From Eledone cirrhosa (lineage: Eukaryota): DNA of 64,000 bases. Numbering within the stretch: the stretch's first letter is position 1; the number at the start of each line of letters is the position of its first letter. Location: contig OZ024745.1 of NCBI GenBank assembly GCA_964016885.1, forward strand, positions 12,214,001 through 12,278,000. The letters run 5' to 3'. A model generated the notes under the pieces. It made no database searches, was not told where the DNA came from, and saw only the letters and a program-made list of their open reading frames with translations. The position numbers were made by a program, and so were the translations under genes. Shown piece by piece: positions 11,551 through 23,900 of this stretch.

Positions 11551-11724
11551 AGTTTCTGATTTAGGCACAAAGCCAGGAATTTTTTCGGGGATGAAGTCGA
11601 TTTAATTGACCCCAGTGCATTACTGGTACATTTTTTCATCGACTTTGTTGGAATGAAACGCAAAGCTGACCTTGGCGGGATTTGAGTTCAGAACGTAAAG
11701 GGACGTAACTATATGGCGCGAAGC
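11551..11724 (-). mobile_element. tRNA-derived SINE (copy 2, same family, 5'-truncated)
   Basis: The reverse complement aligns by eye to copy 1 (TTACGTCCCTTTA..CTGAACTCAAATCCCGCC..GTCGAT..GTACCAGTAAT..CTGGCTTTGTGCC..AGAAAC). It lacks the A box, retains about 30 bp missing from copy 1, and is flanked by (AAT)n at 11537-11550 and 11725-11740. Confidence 0.8.
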
Positions 11725-11934
11725 AATAATAATAATAATACCAAAATGTAGTGTTACTACAACGAAGCTATCATAGGTGTAATTACCATAATATATGCTA
11801 ATTCTAATAATTACCATATCCAGTGTCAGTACGCCATCACATAAACTGTAAATGTATGCACTACAAGTACACACACCACTGATTGTTGATAATAACGATG
11901 CCATAAAAGGAGAATTGGACTGGCATATCTCGAG

Positions 11935-11983
11935 CAGACTGTAACTCTCTAACAGACTGTAACTCTCTAACAGATTGTAACTC
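11935..11983. repeat. 18-bp tandem repeat (CAGACTGTAACTCTCTAA x ~2.7) at the satellite boundary
   Basis: Copies at 11935-11952 and 11953-11970, plus a partial copy at 11971-11983 that merges into the first 42-mer. Confidence 0.9.
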
Positions 11984-14900
11984 ACCAATATTGAAGTATG
12001 TCATCTCTCTAGTAGACTGTAACTCACCAATATTGAAGTATGTCATCTCACTAGTAGACTGTAACTCACCAATATTGAAGTATGTCATCTCTCTAGTAGA
12101 CTGTAACTCACCAATATTGAAGTATGTCATCTCTCTAATAGACTGTAACTCACCAATATTGAAGTATGTCATCTCTCTAGTAGACTGTAACTCATCAATA
12201 TTGAAGTATGTCATCTCTCTAGTAGACTGTAACTCACCAATATTGAAGTATGTCATCACTCTAGTAGACTGTAACTCACCAATATTGAAGTATGTCATCT
12301 CTCTAGTAGACTGTAACTCACCAATATTGAAGTTTGTCATCTCACTAGTAGACTGTAACTCACCAATATTGAAGTATGTCATCTCTCTAGTGGACTGTAA
12401 CTCACCAATATTGAAGTATGTCATCTCTCTAGTGGACTGTAACTCATCAATATTGAAGAATGTCATCTCTCTAGTGGACTGTAACTCACCAATATTGAAG
12501 TATGTCATCTCTCTAGTAGACTGTAACTCACCAATATTGAAGTTTGTCATCTCACTAGTAGACTGTAACTCACCAATATTGAAGTATGTCATCTCTCTAG
12601 TGGACTGTAACTCACCAATATTGAAGTTTGTCATCTCACTAGTAGACTGTAACTCACCAATATTGAAGTATGTCATCTCTCTAGTAGACTGTAACTCACC
12701 AATATTGAAGTATGTCATCTCTCTACTAGACTGTAACTCACCAATATTGAAGTATGTCATCTCACTAGTAGACAGTAACTCACCAATATTGAAGTATGTC
12801 ATCTCTCTAGTAGACTGTAACTCACCAATATTGAAGTATGTCATCTCTCTAGTAGACTGTAACTCACCAATATTGAAGTATGTCATCTCTCTAACAGAAT
12901 GTAACTCACCAATATTGAAGTATGTCATCTCTCTAGTAGACTGTAACTCACCAATATTGAAGTATGTCATCTCTCTAACAGACTGTAACTCACCAATATT
13001 GAAGTATGTCATCTCTCTAGTAGACTGTAACTCACCAATATTGAAGTATGTCATCTCTCTAACAGACTGTATCTCACCAATATTGAAGTATGTCATCTCT
13101 CTAGTAGACTGTAACTCACCAATATTGAAGTATGTCATCTCTCTAGTAGACTGTAACTAACCAATATTGAAGTGTGTCATCTCTCTAGTAGACTGTAACT
13201 CACCAATATTGAAGTATGTCATCTCTCTAGTGGACTGTAACTCACCAATATTGAAGTATGTCATCTCTCTAGTAGACTGTGACTCACCAATATTGAAGTA
13301 TGTCATCTCTCTAGTAGACTGTAACTCACCAATATTGAAGTATGTCATCTCTCTAGTAGACTCTAACTCACCAATATTGAAGTATGTCATCTCTCTAGTA
13401 GACTGTAACTCACCAATATTGAAGTATGTCATCTCTCTAGTAGACTGTAACTCACCAATATTGAAGTATGTCATCTCTCTAACAGAATGTAACTCACCAA
13501 TATTGAAGTATGTCATCTCTCTAGTAGACTGTAACTCACCAATATTGAAGTATGTCATCTCTCTAACAGACTGTAACTCACCAATATTGAAGTATGTCAT
13601 CTCTCTAGTAGACTGTAACTCACCAATATTGAAGTATGTCATCTCTCTAACAGACTGTATCTCACCAATATTGAAGTATGTCATCTCTCTAGTAGACTGT
13701 AACTCACCAATATTGAAGTATGTCATCTCTCTAGTAGACTGTAACTCACCAATATTGAAGTGTGTCATCTCTCTAGTAGACTGTAACTCACCAATATTGA
13801 AGTATGTCATCTCTCTAGTAGACTGTAACTCACCAATATTGAAGTATGTCATCTCTCTAGTAGACTGTAACTCACCAATATTGAAGTATGTCATCTCTCT
13901 AGTAGACTGTAACTCACCAATATTGAAGTATGTCATCTCTCTAGTAGACTGTAACTCACCAATTTTGAAGTATGTCATCTCTCTAGCAGACTGTAACTCA
14001 CCAATATTGAAGTATGTCATCTCTCTAGTAGACTGTAACTCACCAATATTGAAGTATGTCATCTCACTAGTAGAATGTAACTCACCAATATTGAAGTATG
14101 TCATCTCTCTAGTGGACTGTAACTCACCAATATTGAAGTATGTCATCTCTCTAGTGGACTGTAACTCACCAATATTGAAGTATGTCATCTCTCTAGTAGA
14201 CTGTAACTCACCAATATTGAAGGATGTCATCTCTCTAGTAGACTGTAACTCACCAATATTGAAGTATGTCATCTCTCTAACAGACTGTAACTCACCAATA
14301 CTGAAGTATGTCATCTCTCTAGTAGACTGTAACTCACCAATATTGAAGTATGTCATCTCTCTAGTAGACTGTAACTCACCAATATTGAAGTGTGTCATCT
14401 CTCTAGTAGACTGTAACTCACCAATATTGAAGTATGTCATCTCTCTAGTGGACTGTAACTCACCAATATTGAAGAATGTCATCTCTCTAATAGACTGTAA
14501 CTCACCAATATTGAAGTAGGGCATCTCTCTAGTAGACTGTAACTCACCAATATTGAAGTATGTCATCTCTCTAGTGGACTGTAACTCACCAATATTGAAG
14601 TATGTCATCTCACTAGTGGACTGTAACTCACCAATATTGAAGTATGTCATCTCTCTAGTAGACTGTAACTCACCAATATTGAAGTATGTCATCTCACTAG
14701 TGGACTGTAACTCACCAATATTGAAGTATGTCATCTCTCTAGTAGACTGTAACTCACCAATATTGAAGTATGTCATCTCTCTAGTAGATTGTACCTCACC
14801 AATACTGAAGTATGTCATCTCTCTAGTAGACTGTAACTCACCAATATTGAAGTATGTCATCTCTCTAGTAGAGTGTAACTCACCAATATTGAAGTATGTC

Positions 14901-17900
14901 ATCTCTCTAGTAGACTGTAACTCACCAATATTGAAGTATGTCATCTCTCTAGTGGACTGTAACTCACCAATATTGAAGTATGTCATCCCTCTAGTGGACT
15001 GTAACTCACAAATATTGAAGTATGTCATCTCTCTAGTAGACTGTACCTCACGAATATTGAAGTATGTCATCTCTCTAGTAGACTGTAACTCACCAATATT
15101 GAAGTATGTCATCTCTCTAATAGACTGTAACTCACCAATATTGAAGTATGTCATCTCTCTGGTAGACTGTAACTCTCCAATATTGAAGTATGTCATCTCT
15201 CAAGTAGACTGTAACTCACCAATATTGAAGTATGTCATCTCTCTAATAGACTGTAACTCACCAATATTGAAGTATCTCATCTCTCTAGTAGACTGTAACT
15301 CACCAATATTGAAGTATGTCATCTCTCTAGTAGACTGTAACTCACCAATATTGAAGTATGTCATCTCTCTAGTAGACTGTAACTCACCAATATTGAAGTA
15401 TGTCATCTCTCTAACAGACTGTAACGCACCAATACTGAAGTATGTCATCTCTCTAGTAGACTGTAACTCACCAATATTGAAGTATGTCATCTCTCTAGTA
15501 GACTGTAACTCACCAATATTGAAGTGTGTCATCTCTCTAGTAGACTGTAACTCACCAATATTGAAGTATGTCATCTCTCTAGTGGACTGTAACTCACCAA
15601 TATTGAAGAATGTCATCTCTCTAGTAGACTGTAACTCACCAATATTGAAGTATGTCATCTCTCTAACAGACAGTAACTCACCAATACTGAAGTATGTCAT
15701 CTCTCTAGTAGACTGTAACTCACCAATATTGAAGTATGTCATCTCTCTAGTAGACAGTAACTCACCAATATTGAAGTATGTCATCTCTCTAGTAGACTAT
15801 AACTCACCAATATTGAAGTATGTCATCTTTCTAATAGACTGTAACTCACCAATATTGAAGTATGTCATCTCACTAGTAGACTGTAACTCACCAATATTGA
15901 AGTATGTCATCTCTCTAGTAGACTGTAACTCACCAATATTGAAGTATGTCATCTCTCTAATAGACTGTAACTCACCAATATTGAAGTATGTCATCTCTCT
16001 AACAGACTGTAACTCACCAATACTGAAGTATGTCATCTCTCTAGTAGACTGTAACTCACCAATATTGAAGTATGTCATCTCTCTAGTAGACAGTAACTCA
16101 CCAATATTGAAGTATGTCATCTCTCTAGTAGACTGTAACTCACCAATATTGAAGTATGTCATCTTTCTAATAGACTGTAACTCACCAATATTGAAGTATG
16201 TCATCTCACTAGTAGACTGTAACTCACCAATATTGAAGTATGTCACCTCTCTAGTAGACTGTAACTCACCAATATTGAAGTATGTCATCTCTCTAATAGA
16301 CTGTAACTCACCAATATTGAAGTATGTCATCTCTCTAGTAGACTGTAACTCATCGATATTGAAGTATGTCATCTCTCTAGTAGACTGTAACTCACCAATA
16401 TTGAAGTATGTCATCACTCTAGTAGACTGTAACTCACCAATATTGAAGTATGTCATCTCTCTAGTAGACTGTAACTCATCAATATTGAAGAATGTCATCT
16501 CTCTAGTGGACTGTAACTCACCAATATTGAAGTATGTCATCTCTCTAGTAGACTGTAACTCACCAATATTGAAGTTTGTCATCTCACTAGTAGACTGTAA
16601 CTCACCAATATTGAAGTATGTCATCTCTCTAGTGGACTGTAACTCACCAATATTGAAGTTTTTCATCTCACTAGTAGACTGTAACTCACCAATATTGAAG
16701 TATGTCATCTCTCTAGTAGACTGTAACTCACCAATATTGAAGTATGTCATCTCTCTAGTAGACTGTAACTCACCAATATTGAAGTATGTCATCTCACTAG
16801 TAGACAGTAACTCACCAATATTGAAGTATGTCATCTCTCTAGTAGACTGTAACTCACCAATATTGAAGTATGTCATCTCTCTAGTAGACTGTAACTCACC
16901 AATATTGAAGTATGTCATCTCTCTAGTAGACTGTAACTCACCAATATTGAAGTATGTCATCTCTCTAGTAGACTGTAACTCACCAATATTGAAGTATGTC
17001 ATCTCTCTAACAGAATGTAACTCACCAATATTGAAGTATGTCATCTCTCTAGTAGACTGTAACTCACCAATATTGAAGTATGTCATCTCTCTAACAGACT
17101 GTAACTCACCAATATTGAAGTATGTCATCTCTCTAGTAGACTGTAACTCACCAATATTGAAGTATGTCATCTCTCTAACAGACTGTAACACACCAATATT
17201 GAAGTATGTCATCTCACTAGTGGACTGTAACTCACCAATATTGAAGTATGTCATCTCTCTAGTAGACTGTAACTCACCAATATTGAAGTATGTCATCTCT
17301 CTAACAGACTGTAACTCACCAATATTGAAGTATGTCATCTCTCTAGTAGACTGTAACTCACCAATATTGAAGTATGTCATCTCTCTAGTAGACTGTAACT
17401 AACCAATATTGAAGTGTGTCATCTCTCTAGTAGACTGTAACTCACCAATATTGAAGTATGTCATCTCTCTAGTGGACTGTAACTCACCAATATTGAAGTA
17501 TGTCATCTCTCTAGTAGACTGTGACTCACCAATATTGAAGTATGTCATCTCTCTAGTAGACTGTAACTCACCAATATTGAAGTATGTCATCTCTCTAGTA
17601 GACTGTAACTCACCAATATTGAAGTATGTCATCTCACTAGTAGACAGTAACTCACCAATATTGAAGTATGTCATCTCTCTAGTAGACTGTAACTCACCAA
17701 TATTGAAGTATGTCATCTCTCTAGTAGACTGTAACTCACCAATATTGAAGTATGTCATCTCTCTAACAGAATGTAACTCACCAATATTGAAGTATGTCAT
17801 CTCTCTAGTAGACTGTAACTCACCAATATTGAAGTATGTCATCTCTCTAACAGACTGTAACTCACCAATATTGGAGTATGTCATCTCTCTAGTAGACTGT

Positions 17901-20900
17901 AACTCACCAATATTGAAGTATGTCATCTCTCTAACAGACTGTATCTCACCAATATTGAAGTATGTCATCTCTCTAGTAGACTGTAACTCACCAATATTGA
18001 AGTATGTCATCTCTCTAGTAGACTGTAACTAACCAATATTGAAGTGTGTCATCTCTCTAGTAGACTGTAACTCACCAATATTGAAGTATGTCATCTCTCT
18101 AGTGGACTGTAACTCACCAATATTGAAGTATGTCATCTCTCTAGTGGATTGTAACTAACCAATATTGAAGGATGGCATCTCTCTAGTGGACTGTAACTCA
18201 CCAATATTGAAGTGTCATCTCTCTAGTAGACTGTAACTCACCAATATTGAAGTATGTCATCTCTCTAGTAGACTGTAACTCACCAATATTGAAGTATGTC
18301 ATCTCTCTAGTAGACTGTAACTCACCAATATAGAAGTATGTCATCTCTCTAGTAGACTGTAACTCACCAATATTGAAGTATGTCATGTCTCTAGTAGACT
18401 GTAACTCACCAATACTGAAGTATGTCATCTCTCTAGTAGACTGTAACTCACCAATATTGAAGTATGTCATCTCTCTAGTAGACTGTAACTCACCAATATT
18501 GAAGTGTGTCATCTCTCTAGTAGACTGTAACTCACCAATATTGAAGTATGTCATCTCTCTAGTGGACTGTAACTCACCAATATTGAAGTATGTCATCTTT
18601 CTAGTAGACTGTAACTCACCAATATTGAAGTATGTCATCTCTCTAGTAGACTGTAACTCACCAATATTGAAGTATGTCATCTCTCTAGTAGACGGTAACT
18701 CACCAATAGTGAAGTATGTCATCTCTCTAGTAGATTGTAACTCACCAATATTGAAGTATGTCATCTCTCTAGTAGACTGTAACTCACCAATATTGAAGTA
18801 TGTCATCTCTCTAGTAGACTGTAACTCACCAATATTGAAGTATGTCATCTCTCTAGTAGACTGTAACTCACCAATATTGAAGTATGTCATCTCTCTAGTA
18901 GACTGTAACTCACCAATATTGAAGTATGTCATCTCTCTAGTAGACTGTAACTCACCAATATTGAAGTATGTCATCTCTCTAGTAGACTGTAACTCACCAA
19001 TATTGAAGTATGTCATCTCTCTAGTAGACTGTAACTCACCAATATTGAAGTATGTCATCTCTCTAGTAGACTGTAACTCACCAATATTGAAGTATGTCAT
19101 CTCTCTAGTAGACTGTAACTCACCAATATTGAAGTATGTCATCTCTCTAGCAGACTGTAACTCACCAATATTGAAGTATGTCATCTCTCTAGTAGATTGT
19201 AACTCACCAATATTGAAGTATGTCATCTCACTAGTAGAATGTAACTCACCAATATTGAAGTATGTCATCTCTCTAGTGGACTGTAACTCACCAATATTGA
19301 AGTATGTCATCTCTCTAGTGGACTGTAACTCACCAATATTGAAGTACGTCATCTCTCTAGTAGACTGTAACTCACCAATATTGAAGGATGTCATCTCTCT
19401 AGTAGACTGTAACTCACCAATATTGAAGTATGTCATCTCTCTAACAGACTGTAACTCACCAATACTGAAGTATGTCATCTCTCTAGTAGACTGTAACTCA
19501 CCAATATTGAAGTATGTCATCTCTCTAGTAGACTGTAACTCACCAATATTGAAGTGTGTCATCTCTCTAGTAGACTGTAACTCACCAATATTGAAGTATG
19601 TCATCTCTCTAGTGGACTGTAACTCACCAATATTGAAGAATGTCATCTCTCTAGTAGACTGTAACTCACCAATATTGAAGTAGGGCATCTCTCTAGTAGA
19701 CTGTAACTCACCAATATTGAAGTATGTCATCTCTCTAGTGGACTGTAACTCACCAATATTGAAGTATGTCATCTCACTAGTGGACTGTAACTCACCAATA
19801 TTGAAGTATGTCATCTCTCTAGTAGACTGTAACTCACCAATATTGAAGTATGTCATCTCACTAGTGGACTGTAACTCACCAATATTGAAGTATGTCATCT
19901 CTCTAGTAGACTGTAACTCACCAATATTGAAGTATGTCATCTCTCTAGTAGATTGTACCTCACCAATACTGAAGTATGTCATCTCTCTAGTAGACTGTAA
20001 CTCACCAATATTGAAGTATGTCATCTCTCTAGTAGAGTGTAACTCACCAATATTGAAGTATGTCATCTCTCTAGTAGACTGTAACTCACCAATATTGAAG
20101 TATGTCATCTCTCTAGTGGACTGTAACTCACCAATATTGAAGTATGTCATCCCTCTAGTGGACTGTAACTCACAAATATTGAAGTATGTCATCTCTCTAG
20201 TAGACTGTACCTCACGAATATTGAAGTATGTCATCTCTCTAGTAGACTGTAACTCACCAATATTGAAGTATGTCATCTCTCTAATAGACTGTAACTCACC
20301 AATATTGAAGTATGTCATCTCTCTGGTAGACTGTAACTCTCCAATATTGAAGTATGTCATCTCTCTAGTAGACTGTAACTCACCAATATTGAAGTATGTC
20401 ATCTCTCTAATAGACTGTAACTCACCAATATTGAAGTATCTCATCTCTCTAGTAGACTGTAACTCACCAATATTGAAGTATGTCATCTCTCTAGTAGACT
20501 GTAACTCACCAATATTGAAGTATGTCATCTCTCTAGTAGACTGTAACTCACCAATATAGAAGTATGTCATCTCTCTAGTAGACTGTAACTCACCAATATT
20601 GAAGTATGTCATCTCTCTAGTAGACTGTAACTCACCAATATTGAAGTATGTCATCTCTCTAGTAGACTGTAACTCACCAATATTGAAGTATGTCATCTCT
20701 CTAGTAGACTGTAACTCACCAATATTGAAGTATGTCATCTCTCTAGTAGACTGTAACTCACCAATATTGAAGTATGTCATCTCTCTAGTAGACTGTAACT
20801 CACCAATATTGAAGTATGTCATCTCTCTAGTAGACTGTAACTCACCAATATTGAAGTATGTCATCTCTCTAGTAGACTGTAACTCACCAATATTGAAGTA

Positions 20901-23900
20901 TGTCATCTCTCTAGTAGACTGTAACTCACCAATATTGAAGTATGTCATCTCTCTAGCAGACTGTAACTCACCAATATTGAAGTATGTCATCTCTCTAGTA
21001 GACTGTAACTCACCAATATTGAAGTATGTCATCTCACTAGTAGAATGTAACTCACCAATATTGAAGTATGTCATCTCTCTAGTGGACTGTAACTCACCAA
21101 TATTGAAGTATGTCATCTCTCTAGTGGACTGTAACTCACCAATATTGAAGTATGTCATCTCTCTAGTAGACTGTAACTCACCAATATTGAAGGATGTCAT
21201 CTCTCTAGTAGACTGTAACTCACCAATATTGAAGTATGTCATCTCTCTAACAGACTGTAACTCACCAATACTGAAGTATGTCATCTCTCTAGTAGACTGT
21301 AACTCACCAATATTGAAGTATGTCATCTCTCTAGTAGACTGTAACTCACCAATATTGAAGTGTGTCATCTCTCTAGTAGACTGTAACTCACCAATATTGA
21401 AGTATGTCATCTCTCTAGTGGACTGTAACTCACCAATATTGAAGAATGTCATCTCTCTAGTAGACTGTAACTCACCAATATTGAAGTAGGGCATCTCTCT
21501 AGTAGACTGTAACTCACCAATATTGAAGTATGTCATCTCTCTAGTCGACTGTAACTCACCAATATTGAAGTATGTCATCTCACTAGTGGACTGTAACTCA
21601 CCAATATTGAAGTATGTCATCTCTCTAGTAGACTGTAACTCACCAATATTGAAGTATGTCATCTCACTAGTGGACTGTAACTCACCAATATTGAAGTATG
21701 TCATCTCTCTAGTAGACTGTAACTCACCAGTATTGAAGTATGTCATCTCTCTAGTAGATTGTACCTCACCAATACTGAAGTATGTCATCTCTCTAGTAGA
21801 CTGTAACTCACCAATATTGAAGTATGTCATCTCTCTAGTAGAGTGTAACTCACCAATATTGAAGTATGTCATCTCTCTAGTAGACTGTAACTCACCAATA
21901 TTGAAGTATGTCATCTCTCTAGTGGACTGTAACTCACCAATATTGAAGTATGTCATCCCTCTAGTGGACTGTAACTCACAAATATTGAAGTATGTCATCT
22001 CTCTAGTAGACTGTACCTCACGAATATTGAAGTATGTCATCTCTCTAGTAGACTGTAACTCACCAATATTGAAGTATGTCATCTCTCTAATAGACTGTAA
22101 CTCACCAATATTGAAGTATGTCATCTCTCTGGTAGACTGTAACTCTCCAATATTGAAGTATGTCATCTCTCTAGTAGACTGTAACTCACCAATATTGAAG
22201 TATGTCATCTCTCTAATAGACTGTAACTCACCAATATTGAAGTATCTCATCTCTCTAGTAGACTGTAACTCACCAATATTGAAGTATGTCATCTCTCTAG
22301 TAGACTGTAACTCACCAATATTGAAGTATGTCATCTCTCTAGTAGACTGTAACTCACCAATATTGAAGTATGTCATCTCTCTAACAGACTGTAACGCACC
22401 AATACTGAAGTATGTCATCTCTCTAGTAGACTGTAACTCACCAATATTGAAGTATGTCATCTCTCTAGTAGACTGTAACTCACCAATATTGAAGTGTGTC
22501 ATCTCTCTAGTAGACTGTAACTCACCAATATTGAAGTATGTCATCTCTCTAGTGGACTGTAACTCACCAATATTGAAGAATGTCATCTCTCTAGTAGACT
22601 GTAACTCACCAATATTGAAGTATGTCATCTCTCTAGTGGACTGTAACTCACCAATATTGAAGTATGTCATCTCTCTATAAAACTGTAACTCACCAATATT
22701 GAAGTATGTCATCTCACTAGTGGACTGTAACTCACCAATATTGAAGTATGTCATCTCTCTAGTAGACTGTAACTCACCAATATTGAAGTATGTCATCTCA
22801 CTAGTGGACTGTAACTCACCAATATTGAAGTATGTCATCTCTCTAGTAGACTGTAACTCACCAATATTGAAGTATGTCATCTTTCTAGTAGATTGTACTT
22901 CACCAATACTGAAGTATGTCATCTCTCTAGTAGACTGTAACTCACCAATATTGAAGTATGTCATCTCTCTAATAGACTGTAACTCACCAATATTGAAGTA
23001 TGTCATCTCACTAGTAGACTGTAACTCACCAATATTGAAGTATGTCATCTCTCTAGTAGACTGTAACTCACCAATATTGAAGTATGTCATCTCTCTAATA
23101 GACTGTAACTCACCAATATTGAAGTATGTCATCTCTCTAATAGACTGTAACTCACCAATATTGAAGTATGTCATCTCTCTAGTAGACTGTAACTCATCAA
23201 TATTGAAGTATGTCATTTCTCTAATAGACTGTAACTCACCAATATTGAAGTATGTCATCTCTCTAATAGACTGTAACTCACCAATATTGAAGTATGTCAT
23301 CTCACTAGTAGACTGTAACTCACCAATATTGAAGTATGTCATCACTCTAGTAGACTGTAACTCACCAATATTGAAGTATGTCATCTCTCTAGTAGACTGT
23401 AACTCATCAATATTGAAGAATGTCATCTCTCTAGTGGACTGTAACTCACCAATATTGAAGTATGTCATCTCTCTAGTAGACTGTAACTCACCAATATTGA
23501 CGTTTGTCATCTCACTAGTAGACTGTAACTCACCAATATTGAAGTATGTCATCTCTCTAGTGGACTGTAACTCACCAATATTGAAGTTTGTCATCTCACT
23601 AGTAGACTGTAACTCACCAATATTGAAGTATGTCATCTCTCTAGTAGACTGTAACTCACCAATATTGAAGTATGTCATCTCTCTAGTAGACTGTAACTCA
23701 CCAATATTGAAGTATGTCATCTCACTAGTAGACAGTAACTCACCAATATTGAAGTATGTCATCTCTCTAGTAGACTGTAACTCACCAATATTGAAGTATG
23801 TCATCTCTCTAGTGGACTGTAACTCACCAATATTGAAGTTTGTCATCTCACTAGTAGACAGTAACTCACCAATATTGAAGTATGTCATCTCTCTAGTGGA

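Noticed and set aside
11984-11994. CCAAT or CArG-like box (CCAATATTGA) in each monomer as a transcription-factor array
   Set aside because: These are short motifs expected by chance in AT-rich DNA, with imperfect match to NF-Y/SRF consensus and no independent support.
11991-12032. Resemblance of YFNIGELQSTRE to the cadherin F.I...G.I...R.LDRE motif
   Set aside because: The match is too short, the spacing is wrong and the LDRE residues are missing, so it cannot be distinguished from chance.
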